The notes: a model not told the origin generated them from the sequence alone. A stretch of DNA of 64,000 nt from an uncultured cyanobacterium (GCA_963793265.1 CAWBZI010000002.1:288001-352000), one strand, 5' to 3'; positions 51,004 to 61,977 are shown, counted from the stretch's first letter. Numbers and translations: made by a program.

Positions 51004-52656
51004 CTATAAAATTGTCCCGACTGGAACCTTATCGCGCTGCGGATGAATAGACGCACCTGCCTGCATCGATGCATACAGCCGGTTTAACGCATTAACATAA
51101 GCATAGGCAGAGGCAACAACAATATCTGTATTAGCAGCGTGGCCTGAATAAATATTCTCTCCATTGCGAACGCGAATAGTGACTTCTCCCATCGCATCAA
51201 TCCCAGCGGTAACGGACTGCACAGAATATTCAATCAAATCGTTTTCAATATCAACAATGCGGTTGATCGCACGGTAGATAGCATCAACAGGGCCAGTGCC
51301 CACAGAAGCGTCGGTAAGTTCTTGACCGTCTGGCATTCGGACAGTGATAGTAGCAGTGGGCTGCGCGTTGCTGCCGCAGGAGACTTGAATCAGATCTAGC
51401 TTGAAGTGCTCGGCAACCTGCAAAATTTCGTCGTTGACGATGGCTTCAAGATCGCGATCGCTAATCTCTTTTTTCTTATCTGCAACTTCTTTAAACCGCA
51501 AAAAAGCCTTATTCAACTCCTGATCGCTCAGCTCAAACCCTAGCTCAGTGAGCCGAGTCCGAAACGCATTGCGCCCCGAGTGCTTACCCAGCACAATCAA
51601 GTTGTCATTGAGCCCGATAAGCTGGGCGTCCATAATCTCATAGGTCAGCCGGTTCTTGAGCACGCCATCTTGGTGAATGCCCGACTCATGCGCAAACGCA
51701 TTGGCACCCACAATTGCTTTGTTGGGCTGCACCAGCATTCCGGTCATATTAGAGACTAATCGCGATGACTTGTAGATCTCTTTTGTGTTGATATTAGTCA
51801 GCGGTGCTTCTGAGGCAGGCGGCAGTCCAAAAAACGGATTGTAGTACTGACGGCGGACATGCAGTGCCATCACTAACTCTTCTAATGCGGCATTTCCTGC
51901 TCGCTCACCAATGCCGTTAATCGTACACTCTAGCTGCCTGGCACCGGCTTTAACGGCTTCTAAAAAGTTGGCGACAGCTAGCCCTAAATCGTTGTGGCCG
52001 TGTACCGATATGATGGCCCGATCGATGCTAGGAACGTTGCTTTTAATGCCTCGAATTAAGTCTCCGCACTCGGTCGGCGTCAGGTAGCCTACGGTATCAG
52101 GAATGTTGAGCGTTGTTGCGCCTGCTTTAATGGCCGTCTCTAGCACTTCATACAAAAACTCGGGCTCACTGCGCCCGGCATCTTCAGGAGAAAACTCAAT
52201 GTCGTCTGTGAAGCTTTTCGCGTAGCCCACCATCTCTTCCGTCATCGCTAGCACTTCAGGCCGAGACTTTCTGAGCTTGTACTTCATGTGAATATCTGAA
52301 GTTGCCAAGAAGGTGTGAATGCGCCCTTTGCTAGCAGGCGTGATCGCCTTTGCAGCAGATTCAATATCGCCTTTGGTGGCGCGAGCTAGGGCGCAGATGA
52401 CAGGGCCGCTATCGGTGCCGACTTCTGAGGCGATCGCCTTAACCGCTTCAAAGTCACCGGGGCTCGCAAACGGAAAGCCCGCTTCAATAATGTCTACATT
52501 CAGCCGGGCAAGCTGCCGCGCTACTGCTAGTTTTTCACTGGCATTCATCGTCGCGCCGGGTGACTGCTCGCCGTCGCGCAGCGTGGTGTCAAAAATGAGG
52601 ACGCGATCTAGAGCCTTAGCGGCTGAGGGGTTGGCTGAAGGGGTTGGCTGAGTCAT
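51004..52656 (-). CDS. leuA: 2-isopropylmalate synthase
   Basis: [47 protein letters not shown]-terminal regulatory domain GTGPVDA. Confidence 0.97.
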   Translation of the reverse strand: MTQPTPSANPSAAKALDRVLIFDTTLRDGEQSPGATMNASEKLAVARQLARLNVDIIEAGFPFASPGDFEAVKAIASEVGTDSGPVICALARATKGDIESAAKAITPASKGRIHTFLATSDIHMKYKLRKSRPEVLAMTEEMVGYAKSFTDDIEFSPEDAGRSEPEFLYEVLETAIKAGATTLNIPDTVGYLTPTECGDLIRGIKSNVPSIDRAIISVHGHNDLGLAVANFLEAVKAGARQLECTINGIGERAGNAALEELVMALHVRRQYYNPFFGLPPASEAPLTNINTKEIYKSSRLVSNMTGMLVQPNKAIVGANAFAHESGIHQDGVLKNRLTYEIMDAQLIGLNDNLIVLGKHSGRNAFRTRLTELGFELSDQELNKAFLRFKEVADKKKEISDRDLEAIVNDEILQVAEHFKLDLIQVSCGSNAQPTATITVRMPDGQELTDASVGTGPVDAIYRAINRIVDIENDLIEYSVQSVTAGIDAMGEVTIRVRNGENIYSGHAANTDIVVASAYAYVNALNRLYASMQAGASIHPQRDKVPVGTIL

Positions 52657-52810
52657 TGTAAGGGATTACCTGCTGTTTGCCCGCTGTAGTCAGGCCATGA
52701 CAAATATGAAGCTTACTTCATTATTTCTATTTTATGTGCGTGTGCCAATCGTGGCGATAGTTTTTTGACCTACAGTGGTGTGAGTACAAAAGAACGTAGG
52801 AAGTAGTGTC

Positions 52811-53497
52811 ATGTATCGTTGTGCCTGGATAGAGCACGCGCTAGTAGCGGGACTGATGATTGGCTTGCCGCTAGGAACAGGCGTTGTAGCTCAGCCCACT
52901 GGCGATGCTGTTATGACCGAGGCGGCTGAGGCTGACACTGCCTGGATTACTTTTTTAAGCGAAGAGAGCCGGTTTAGCGTGGCGATGCCGAGTGAGCCTG
53001 CTGCCTACACGCTGGCTTCTGAGACGAATACAGAAGACTCGCGGGTGTATATGCAGATGCAGCTCGCTGAGGCTGACCGGCTGGAAATATATGCGGTGGC
53101 GCTGGTAGAGTCGGCTGACTCGATGGAGCCTGAGCGCGATCGCTTCCAAACGCTATTAAGCTGCGTGAGCGGTTTAGGTAATAGTGCGCCGATTTCTTCT
53201 ACTCAAACTGAGGCGCTTAACGGCTACCAGGGAATTGAGGCTGAGTTTCAGACGGCAGACGGCGGCTTGCAAATTTCTCGCTGCTATATTTCAGAAGGCT
53301 ATTTAGAGGCCAATGATGATGACGACGTGCCGTTTCGGGCGTATATGCTGACGGTTAATAGCGAGCCTTTTTCGGCGGGGCCAGGACTGCAGCCAGTGGG
53401 TTCGGATGAGGTGGCTTTGAGTGAGGTAGCTTTGAGTGAGGGGGTGCGATCGCCTACGATTGACACCTTCTTTAGCTCATTCCAAATTTTAGACTAG
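52811..53497 (+). CDS. Hypothetical exported protein
   Basis: Signal-like N-terminus; W..F.S...RFSVAMP start and FFSSFQIL end. Confidence 0.65.
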   Translation: MYRCAWIEHALVAGLMIGLPLGTGVVAQPTGDAVMTEAAEADTAWITFLSEESRFSVAMPSEPAAYTLASETNTEDSRVYMQMQLAEADRLEIYAVALVESADSMEPERDRFQTLLSCVSGLGNSAPISSTQTEALNGYQGIEAEFQTADGGLQISRCYISEGYLEANDDDDVPFRAYMLTVNSEPFSAGPGLQPVGSDEVALSEVALSEGVRSPTIDTFFSSFQILD

Positions 53498-53528
53498 GCT
53501 TTACAGAAAATCCAAAGCACACAATAGT

Positions 53529-54212
53529 TTATACAGATACTTCTCCTTTCTTTTTCGTAACATCATCTGCAACAACTTCTGGCTCTACTTTTTGAAAAAG
53601 CAACAAAGTTAAAATACCAGAGACAACGATTAAGGCAATGTTTATTCCTAGCAAGGCCATGCCGCCCCAGCCCCTAATCGGATCTTCAGAGAGGAAAGCG
53701 ATCGCACCTGCGACCCCAGCGGGCACCAGCGCCAAAGCCGCCACTACGCCCACTAATGTATCGGTCTTACGTTCTGTGAGGGCCACCATGCCTGCAATGC
53801 CAGCAGCGATCGCAGTTACTACGCTATACCATCCAGGGCTAACTCGCTCTTGCAATAGCGTTCTATCTAGCAGCGCGGCTTCTTCGGGCAGTACGCCAGT
53901 GATATTTAGCAGCCAGGTGATCACTAGCGCTGCGGCCATGGATATGCACAGGCCCAAGGTTGCTGAGATGGCACCCTCACGGGCTAGGTCTGGGCGGCGG
54001 TTGACTGCGCCAAAGGAAATTAGGGCTAGCGGCGGTAGGGCGGGGGCGATGACCATAGAGCCGATGAGGACGGGGACGGAGTTGGTGAGCAGGGCGATCG
54101 CTGAGAGTACGCCAGAGGTTGCCATCAGTACGATATAAGAGGCATTGAACTCGCTTTGCTGAGTGATGCGCTGGACAATTTGAGGATCGACGGCTGGGAG
54201 GCGAGGGGCCAT
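53529..54212 (-). CDS. DUF389-like membrane protein
   Basis: LLTNSVPVLIGSMVIAP; LVGVVAALALVP; multi-TM. Confidence 0.82.
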   Translation of the reverse strand: MAPRLPAVDPQIVQRITQQSEFNASYIVLMATSGVLSAIALLTNSVPVLIGSMVIAPALPPLALISFGAVNRRPDLAREGAISATLGLCISMAAALVITWLLNITGVLPEEAALLDRTLLQERVSPGWYSVVTAIAAGIAGMVALTERKTDTLVGVVAALALVPAGVAGAIAFLSEDPIRGWGGMALLGINIALIVVSGILTLLLFQKVEPEVVADDVTKKKGEVSV

Positions 54213-54421
54213 AAAAGATAGGAGCTAAAAAGGACTGGCACTATCACTATACGGTTTGATGAGTGTTCAATAAAGACACTATCAAGAGCTGATTAGGTTT
54301 TGCCGCGCTGTTATTGATTGTGCAGAGCAACAGATATTATCAACAAAGCATCTTCCGTTTCTATATTTTTCATTGTTATATAAACTATTTATAAGGCTTT
54401 GTCAGCCGAATAAAGAACAAA

Positions 54422-57400
54422 ATGCTGCATATTTTTGATACAGGTAATTCTTCTCTACTATTGCCTGAGGCTGATATTCATTCGAGCGGTTCAACAGATC
54501 TGCTGACGCCAGATGTTGCGATCGCCAGTTCTCTAGCTCTAAACGATCCTCTAGCTACAGCGCTTGATGCCACGTATCTTCTTGAACCGGCAGCACTAAC
54601 AGAGAACGATTCGGCACAGACAACTAATCAAAATAAGCCAACAGCAGACGCGCTGACAGGAGAGCCGCTAGTATCAAATAATCAAGCATTTACCTTCTCA
54701 AATTTTACCAATGTTCAAGATCTACAGCTAAACGGTAGCGCTGCTCAGCTCGAAGATGCCCTTCAGCTCACCTCAAACGGCAACTATCAAGCGGGAAGCA
54801 CTTTCTTTGCGCGGCCGATCGCGCTTGATGCTGATGCCTCTTTTCAAACGCAGTTTCAATTTCAGCTTAAGGGTGGAAGTGGCGGTGCAGATGGCTTTGC
54901 CTTTGTACTTCAAAATAGTGCTGCCGGGTCTGCGGCGCTAGGTGAGCAGGGCGGCAGTATCGGCTACGATATCCGCGAAATGGGACAGGGCACGCGGGTA
55001 GATAAAAGCCTAGCAATAGAATTTGATACGTATAGAAACGGCTGGGATGCTAATAACAATCATATTTCTATTCTTAAAAATGGCGACGTTACGACAGCTT
55101 TAGCGATGGCTAGTGATGGTCTTGTTGATCTTAACAGCGGCCAACTGCTGACGGCTTGGATTGACTATGACGGCAGCAGCGACAGGTTGGATGTCTCGGT
55201 TTCTAATAGCGATCGCAAGCCTGCTACTGCCGCGCTTTCCTACACTATTGATCTCACCAATATTCTTGGATCACAGGCTTTTGTTGGATTTAGTGGGGGT
55301 ACAGGTGGCCTGACAAATCAACAGCTCATTAAAAACTGGACATTTAGCGCTGAGGATGCAACGCCGACTTTTTCTCAAATCTCCAGGGCTCCTGAAATCT
55401 CTAGGGCTCCTGAAATCTCTGAAGTTCAAGAACCCGCTGCGGCACCGTTCATTCCGCCGCTTTCTTCGTCTAGCGGCAATGGCACTGGTCTTCTAGCCGA
55501 ATACTACAACAGTCTTGACTTTACTGATTTAGCGCTTACCCGTACTGACGCCACAGTTAACTTCTACTGGAACCGAAGCTCTCCCGATCCGGCTGTTAAC
55601 GCTGATTACTTCTCTGCTCGATGGACGGGCAAGGTAGAGGCGCAGTTTACCGAAGACTATACTTTCTACACCACTTCAGATGACGGTGTTCGTCTTTGGG
55701 TCAATAATACCCTGATCATTGATAGATTTTTTGATCAGTCTCCTACCGAATATAGCGGCACGCTGCCTCTGGTCGCGGGCCAAAAGTACGATATTCGGAT
55801 GGAATACTATGAAAGGCGTGATGGTGCAGCAGCACTTTTATCCTGGTCGAGCGCGTCTCAAAGCAAACAGATTATTCCACAGTCTCAGCTCTTTTTGCCG
55901 TCGTCAGATCCGGGCATTACGCTCCTACAGACCAATGACAGTACAGCCGTAGCGGAAGGTGGAGCTACAGATACCTATAGCCTATCGCTTGATGCTCAGC
56001 CTACTGATGATGTGGTGATTGCGATCGCTCATCCCGATGGTCAAACAACAGCTAACTTCAACACGCTCACCTTTACGCCTCAAAACTGGGATCAGCCCAG
56101 AATAATTACCATCACAGCCGTTGACGATGCTGAGGCCGAAAGCTTTCAGAACCGTACGATTATTCATACAGTTTCTAGCGATGATGATCGGTACAATGGG
56201 TTTGCAGTTGAGCCTCTGGGAGTTGCGATCGCTGACAACGACACGCCGCCTGAAGTTTCACTTTACGAAACCGCCCCACTTTTCACTGAAACCTATACCT
56301 TCCATACGGCGGCGACCAATAGCGTTCGCGTTTGGGTAAACAACATGCTAATTATTGATGGTCTGGTGAATCAGGCATCTGTTGCCGAATACACGGCTGC
56401 AATTGAGCTAGTCGCGGGGCAAAAGTACGAGATTGTCACTGAGCAATACGACAATGGCAGCGGCGAAATTGCTCAGGTTGAATGGTCTAGCGATTCTCAA
56501 AGCAGGCAGGCGCTGCCGCCCTATCAGCCATTTTTACCCAAGGCTCCTGCGCCAAATCCTGGCGTGCGGCTAACGCAAACGGATGGCAGTACCGCTGTAA
56601 AAGAAGGTCAGATTACGGACACCTACACGCTGGCGCTCGTGACTCAGCCAACTGATGATGTCACCGTTACCGTTGCAGTAGATAACAATCAGGTGACGAC
56701 TGACTTTAATACGCTTGTCTTTACGCCTCAAAACTGGAATCAGGCGCAGACGGTTACGGTTACGGCGACTGATGACGATGCGATAGAAGATATTCACGGG
56801 AGCACGATTACACATGCTGTTGTGAGTGCAGATGGTCAGTATGAGGGACAGGCAATCACGCCAATTGCCGTCACGATTACCGACAATGATGCCAATCTTC
56901 CTGATGCGCCTCGCCTGTTTTTAGATGCCGCTGAACTCGATGAAACGCGAGCGGCTGTTGCGGTACCCGGCTCTCACCATCAGGTCGCCTTTAACGCGAT
57001 TAAGGCTCGTGTGGATCAAAACGACTGGCGCGTCTATGACGAGAATTTGAATGATAATAACTGGAACTATGCCCGAGCCTGGCACGCTCGCGAAGCTGCC
57101 TTTGTGTATCTAATTACGGGCGAAGAAGTGTACGCCCAAAATGCTTACGATACGCTCTACGCGATTCATAACGACCCCGATCCTGACCGTCGCCTGCCTG
57201 AGTCTGGTCGGGGACTGGCGCGAGCAGCAACTGGGATGGGATTTGCGCTGGCCTACGACTGGGCAGGCGCGGGCTGGACGCAGGCTCAAAAAGACTACAT
57301 ACGTGGCAAGCTCAACACCGCGCTAGACGCCTGGCCTAGCTACGGACATCCTAACTTCGCAAGTCCCTATGGCTCTAACTGGGTAGCGGTTTCGCGCGGC

Positions 57401-58696
57401 GCTGAGCTGGTGATGATGCTGGCGGCTGGGGAGGAGACTAATCGCGCTGACCGCTTTACTAGCCTTAAGTTTTGGCTAAGAGAGCACCTGCAAACGGCCT
57501 ATGGTGATACGGGGATGACGCAAGAGGGTCAGGGCTATTTGGCCTATGCAGGCGGCTTTTTGATGCCTGCCGTTTACGCGCTGCGTAGCGTTGGCGATAG
57601 CTCTTTAGAGAATGCTTTTTCAGAGATTGACTTTGAACAGCTTCCGCTTTACACAGGTGCTTTTGACGCCGATCAGTCTTCTCTTCAGTTTGGCGTTGCG
57701 GGCATTGGCTTTGACGCCGAAGGGTTTACTAGCTTTTTGCTGGACAGCGCCGATCCTGAAGTGCAGCCTTACTATCAATATTTTTATGACCGCCACCGTG
57801 GCTTAGAGAACGCTGCTGAGCCTGGTGATAAGTTCGACTACCGCCGGGCTGGCGCGGTTTGGTCGGTGCTTTACTACCCGACGAATACTACCGCGCTCGA
57901 TCCTTCTGGGGTGCTGCCTGCTGCAATTCAAGATAGCGAGAAAGGAGTTTATTTGTTCCGCGATCGCTGGCAAGATCAGGACGACGTTTTAATCTCTCTA
58001 ATGGGTGACTTCACACAGCATCGTCGCAGTTGGGATCAGCCCGAAGCGTTCTCACTCGGGCTCCATGCCTACGATACTCTCTACTTTGGTGGCCCTATTC
58101 AAAGCGAGAACGCTAGCGACTATAGCAAGCTAATTGTAGATGGCAAAGCGGGTAACCGCTCTCTTACAGGGGCACCAGAATTCTTTGAAGCCCGAAATCA
58201 GGGCGGCTATGCCATTGTTGACGGTGGCGCGCTCTACGATAGCTTAGGAATTGACGAGGCGCAGCGGCATTTGCTGGTAGATTTTTCGGGCGAGGCAGGT
58301 GGTGCGCTCCTTTCTACGCTGGATCGGTTAGAAGATTTGGAGAGCCATATCTACACCTGGCAGGCAAATTTAGGGACGGTTGGTAATGACGGTGGCATTG
58401 TGGCGACGGCTGGCCAAGAGGGCGATATTAAAACGTTTTTGCTGGAAGGTAATCGCGATAGCTACCTGAAAGGGTGGATTCTGAATCCTTCAGATGCCAT
58501 TGTTAGAACAGGCGATCCGTTGCAAATTGAAACAACAGATGACAATGCTGATATTTGGGTGGTGATGCTGGTGGGTACGGGCGTAGCACCGACGGCTAGC
58601 GTTACGGGGTCAGGATTAGAGAGTGAAATGCAGGTGGGGAATGCCCGTGTTTATTTTGATGCTGGGCTTAATCGGATTGTGACTGAAGGGCTGTAG
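54422..58696 (+). CDS. Large multidomain protein: legume-lectin, PA14, Calx-beta/Ig-like repeats, C-terminal polysaccharide lyase-like domain
   Basis: Lectin GADGFAF, AIEFDT, FVGFSGGTG; PA14 FSARWTG, SDDGVRLWVN; two LxFTPQNW repeats; C-terminal ALAYDW, NW, EGQGY motifs recall heparinase II/III-type lyases (tentative). Confidence 0.8.
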   Translation: MLHIFDTGNSSLLLPEADIHSSGSTDLLTPDVAIASSLALNDPLATALDATYLLEPAALTENDSAQTTNQNKPTADALTGEPLVSNNQAFTFSNFTNVQDLQLNGSAAQLEDALQLTSNGNYQAGSTFFARPIALDADASFQTQFQFQLKGGSGGADGFAFVLQNSAAGSAALGEQGGSIGYDIREMGQGTRVDKSLAIEFDTYRNGWDANNNHISILKNGDVTTALAMASDGLVDLNSGQLLTAWIDYDGSSDRLDVSVSNSDRKPATAALSYTIDLTNILGSQAFVGFSGGTGGLTNQQLIKNWTFSAEDATPTFSQISRAPEISRAPEISEVQEPAAAPFIPPLSSSSGNGTGLLAEYYNSLDFTDLALTRTDATVNFYWNRSSPDPAVNADYFSARWTGKVEAQFTEDYTFYTTSDDGVRLWVNNTLIIDRFFDQSPTEYSGTLPLVAGQKYDIRMEYYERRDGAAALLSWSSASQSKQIIPQSQLFLPSSDPGITLLQTNDSTAVAEGGATDTYSLSLDAQPTDDVVIAIAHPDGQTTANFNTLTFTPQNWDQPRIITITAVDDAEAESFQNRTIIHTVSSDDDRYNGFAVEPLGVAIADNDTPPEVSLYETAPLFTETYTFHTAATNSVRVWVNNMLIIDGLVNQASVAEYTAAIELVAGQKYEIVTEQYDNGSGEIAQVEWSSDSQSRQALPPYQPFLPKAPAPNPGVRLTQTDGSTAVKEGQITDTYTLALVTQPTDDVTVTVAVDNNQVTTDFNTLVFTPQNWNQAQTVTVTATDDDAIEDIHGSTITHAVVSADGQYEGQAITPIAVTITDNDANLPDAPRLFLDAAELDETRAAVAVPGSHHQVAFNAIKARVDQNDWRVYDENLNDNNWNYARAWHAREAAFVYLITGEEVYAQNAYDTLYAIHNDPDPDRRLPESGRGLARAATGMGFALAYDWAGAGWTQAQKDYIRGKLNTALDAWPSYGHPNFASPYGSNWVAVSRGAELVMMLAAGEETNRADRFTSLKFWLREHLQTAYGDTGMTQEGQGYLAYAGGFLMPAVYALRSVGDSSLENAFSEIDFEQLPLYTGAFDADQSSLQFGVAGIGFDAEGFTSFLLDSADPEVQPYYQYFYDRHRGLENAAEPGDKFDYRRAGAVWSVLYYPTNTTALDPSGVLPAAIQDSEKGVYLFRDRWQDQDDVLISLMGDFTQHRRSWDQPEAFSLGLHAYDTLYFGGPIQSENASDYSKLIVDGKAGNRSLTGAPEFFEARNQGGYAIVDGGALYDSLGIDEAQRHLLVDFSGEAGGALLSTLDRLEDLESHIYTWQANLGTVGNDGGIVATAGQEGDIKTFLLEGNRDSYLKGWILNPSDAIVRTGDPLQIETTDDNADIWVVMLVGTGVAPTASVTGSGLESEMQVGNARVYFDAGLNRIVTEGL

Positions 58697-59183
58697 GGTC
58701 TGCGGGTGTGGGGCGATCGCTCATTTGCACAATCGCCCATCCACCGATAAAAAGACCTAGACCCAGAGCTAAAAATCCCATATCCCAAGCAAACTCATTT
58801 GGCCCTGGCTTTACGTGGTGAATGCCCAGAATTTGGTGATCGATGAGTCCTTCAACAAAATCAAATAGTCCTGCGCCCATAAGTAGGGAGCCGATAAAAA
58901 CAGAGGTAGAGTGCGAAACGTCTTCTTTTATGCTCACTCGCCAAAGCAGCCCGATACCTGTGATCGTCAAAAGATAGTCCAACAGATGAAACAGCCCGTC
59001 GCCTAGCGTGTTTAGCTCAAGCCCTGCGACCGTGCGATCTGTCTCAACGCTTGTAAACATGTGATGCCACTGCAAAAGCTGGTGAATCACAATGCCGTCA
59101 AAAAAGCCTGCCTGGCCCAGACCCAACACAATGCCCGCTACAATGAGCGGCTTGCGGTTTGAGCGGACAGGTGAATCGACCAT
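58668..59183 (-). CDS. DUF2243-like membrane protein
   Basis: FFDGIVIHQLLQWHHM, DGLFH, EGLIDHQILGIHHV. Confidence 0.88.
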   Translation of the reverse strand: MVDSPVRSNRKPLIVAGIVLGLGQAGFFDGIVIHQLLQWHHMFTSVETDRTVAGLELNTLGDGLFHLLDYLLTITGIGLLWRVSIKEDVSHSTSVFIGSLLMGAGLFDFVEGLIDHQILGIHHVKPGPNEFAWDMGFLALGLGLFIGGWAIVQMSDRPTPADPTALQSQSD

Positions 59184-59337
59184 GGTTTTCTAGGGTATCG
59201 TACAGTTTTACTACCTTGATGGGTTGCGTTCTTGGGTTCATCTTCCTTTTGGCATGTAACCGGGCTGAATCTTACAGAAGGATGAGGTGTGAAGGAGAGC
59301 GGCGATCGCACAATAAATCTGGTTTACTTTCGAGCCT

Positions 59338-60627
59338 ATGCCAGTCACCCCAATTTCTCTCCCTCAGTTCAAAACCGACAGCGCCCAAACTCACAGTGCC
59401 CGAACTGACAGTACTCAAAAAATACTCTCTCCTGATCGACTTCTTGACGCTGCAAAAGACATTGCAGACAGCGCTGCTATAGGCGCAGCTGATGTTGATA
59501 GGGTCGGCGCATTTCCAGCAGAAGGGTTCAAACAGCTCGGCGCGGCTGGTTTTCTCTCGGCACCCTTGCAGCCGAAATACGGTGGCGCAGGTCTTGGCAT
59601 TGCCTCTGATAAAACCTCGCTGACGCTAGAAATTCTTAAACATATCGGTCGCGGTAATCTGTCTATGGGCCGAGTGTACGAAGGCCACGTTAATGCCCTT
59701 CAGCTTGTGCAAACGTTTGGGACGCCTGCGCAGGTAGAAAGATACGCTCAAGACGCTCGCAACAACAAAGTGTTTGGCGTATGGAATGCTGAGGCTGAGG
59801 ATGGCGTAAAGCTTATTCCTATTCAAAATGGCGGCTATCGTATTGAGGGGAGCAAAACGTTTTGCTCGGGCTGCGGCTACGTGGAACGGCCTTTTGTGAA
59901 CGGTGTTGTTGTCGGGGGGCCCTCGGACGGGCAGTGGCAAATGTGTATTGTGCCGATGGAGAAAGTAACTGTGGATATTGATCCTAGCTGGTGGCAGCCT
60001 TCAGGAATGCGGGCTTCAGCTAGCTATAAGGTTGATTTTACAGGCGTAGAGCTAACGGCTGCTGATATTATTGCCGGGCCCGGTGATTATTTCCGTCAGC
60101 CCTGGCTTACCACTGGCGTTGTTCGCTTTGCGGCTGTTCAGCTTGGCGGCGCTGAGGCACTATTCGATGCTACCCGCACTTATTTGCAGGGGATGGGGCG
60201 AATCGATCATCCTCATCAGCAGGCCCGACTGGGGAAGATGGCGATCGCACTCGAACAAGGCAACCTCTGGCTTCACAGTAGCGCCCGGCGGGTAGAAAAC
60301 TACGCGCCTACTTTTGGGGGTGCTTTTGTGGATGAGTCCGTGGATAGCGATCGCGCCAACCCTCTAGAAGCACATCAGCCTAGCGCTTCACAGCTCGTCA
60401 GCTATGCCAACATGGTGCGGACGGCTATCGAACAAATTTGTATCGACATGATGCAGCTTACAGAGCGCTGTGTGGGCACTCGCGGCCTGCTTCCTCCTCA
60501 CCCAATGGAGCGAATCATTCGAGATCTGACGCTCTATCTTCGCCAGCCTGCCTTTGATATCTCACTCACAAGCGTGGGTAAATATGTGCTTGAACAAACA
60601 GAACCTGCTAGCGAATTGTGGTCTTGA
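59338..60627 (+). CDS. Acyl-CoA dehydrogenase-like flavoprotein
   Basis: GRVYEGHVNA, GSKTFCSG, GMRASAS, ERIIRDLTLYLRQP. Confidence 0.87.
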   Translation: MPVTPISLPQFKTDSAQTHSARTDSTQKILSPDRLLDAAKDIADSAAIGAADVDRVGAFPAEGFKQLGAAGFLSAPLQPKYGGAGLGIASDKTSLTLEILKHIGRGNLSMGRVYEGHVNALQLVQTFGTPAQVERYAQDARNNKVFGVWNAEAEDGVKLIPIQNGGYRIEGSKTFCSGCGYVERPFVNGVVVGGPSDGQWQMCIVPMEKVTVDIDPSWWQPSGMRASASYKVDFTGVELTAADIIAGPGDYFRQPWLTTGVVRFAAVQLGGAEALFDATRTYLQGMGRIDHPHQQARLGKMAIALEQGNLWLHSSARRVENYAPTFGGAFVDESVDSDRANPLEAHQPSASQLVSYANMVRTAIEQICIDMMQLTERCVGTRGLLPPHPMERIIRDLTLYLRQPAFDISLTSVGKYVLEQTEPASELWS

Positions 60628-60630
60628 GAG

Positions 60631-61386
60631 ATGGCTATGGAAACAACAGTGAAAACAATTGTCGAAACTTCTATAGACTCTCTTGTGCTACATACGGCTG
60701 ATGAAGTCTTTGCAGATTGCAAGGGTGCAATAGTGCTTGCGCCTCATCCTGACGATGAGACTTTAGGCTGTGGGGGTGCGATCGCGCTTCTCCGCCAGCG
60801 CTCTATCCCCGTCCACGTGATAATCCTAAGCGACGGCACGAAATCTCACCCCGACTCTCAAACCCATCCCGCGCCCGTTCTGAAGGCGCTCAGAGAAACT
60901 GAAACCTATACTGCCTTAGCCCAGCTTGGGGTCACCAAAGAATTTGTCACCTTTCTCAACTGGCCCGACACAGCCGTTCCTCACCCTGCGCACCCAGACT
61001 TTTCGACCGCCGTCAGCCAGTGCGCCTACTACCTCCGCAAATACTCACCATCGCTCCTCTTTGTGCCCTGGCAAAACGACCGGCACTGCGACCACCGCGC
61101 TACCTGGCAAATCGCTCAGCAGTGCCTAGAACACCTCTCTAATCCCCCCAAACAAGTGGTCTACGCCGTTTGGGGAACGCCCTCAGCCGGTCTACCTTCT
61201 TTGCCACCAGGCGAAACTGGCTGGCGGCTCGATATTCGCTCAGTCCAACAGCTCAAACGCTCCGCGGCGATGGCGCATCAGTCCCAAACGACCGATCTTA
61301 TCCAAGACGATCCAACTGCCTTTCGCCTCACGCCAACGATGTTGAACAACCTCATTCAGCCCTGGGAAACTTACCTGAACGCATAG
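60631..61386 (+). CDS. PIG-L/LmbE family deacetylase
   Basis: LAPHPDDETLGCGG, SDGTKSHP, DRHCDH, AHQSQ. Confidence 0.92.
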   Translation: MAMETTVKTIVETSIDSLVLHTADEVFADCKGAIVLAPHPDDETLGCGGAIALLRQRSIPVHVIILSDGTKSHPDSQTHPAPVLKALRETETYTALAQLGVTKEFVTFLNWPDTAVPHPAHPDFSTAVSQCAYYLRKYSPSLLFVPWQNDRHCDHRATWQIAQQCLEHLSNPPKQVVYAVWGTPSAGLPSLPPGETGWRLDIRSVQQLKRSAAMAHQSQTTDLIQDDPTAFRLTPTMLNNLIQPWETYLNA

Positions 61387-61389
61387 CTT

Positions 61390-61977
61390 ATGACCTCTCA
61401 AAAAGAATCACTGCCGCCAAGCTATTTCGAGAAAATGTACGCGGCTGATATAGATCCCTGGGAATTTGAAACCAGCGAGTACGAAGCGAAAAAGTATGCC
61501 GCAAGTGTTGCTGCGCTGCCTAAAGAACAGTACCGCTCAGCTTTTGAGATTGGCGGGTCTATTGGCGTGTTAACTGAGAAATTGAGCGATCGCACTCAGT
61601 CTCTTCTCTCTATAGACGTATCTGAAACTGCCCAGACCCGCGCTAAAGAACGCTGCAAACACCTGAGCCACGTTGAGTTTGACATTCTCCAAATCCCCCG
61701 CGACTACCCCGATCGCATGTTCGATCTAACCGTTGTCTCTGAAGTTGGCTACTACTGGAGCGCCACAGACCTGCCGACTGCCCAACAGCAGATCGCCAGC
61801 CATCTAGAACCGGGCGGTCACCTACTGCTTGTTCACTGGACGCCCTACGTCGCAGAATATCCGCTGACAGGCGATCAGGTTCACGAAGCCTTTCTCTCAC
61901 AGGTCGGCACCCTTTGGCGATCGCTACACTCTCAGCGCGAAGATCGGTATCGCCTCGACCTGCTTGAGCGCCTGTAA
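61390..61977 (+). CDS. NodS-like SAM-dependent methyltransferase
   Basis: YFEKMY..DIDPW..ETSEYEAKKY, FEIGGSIG, SEVGYY, LLVHW, GDQVH. Confidence 0.9.
   Translation: MTSQKESLPPSYFEKMYAADIDPWEFETSEYEAKKYAASVAALPKEQYRSAFEIGGSIGVLTEKLSDRTQSLLSIDVSETAQTRAKERCKHLSHVEFDILQIPRDYPDRMFDLTVVSEVGYYWSATDLPTAQQQIASHLEPGGHLLLVHWTPYVAEYPLTGDQVHEAFLSQVGTLWRSLHSQREDRYRLDLLERL

Noticed and set aside
53638..54138. 166-aa plus-strand ORF
   Set aside because: Antisense shadow of the DUF389 gene.
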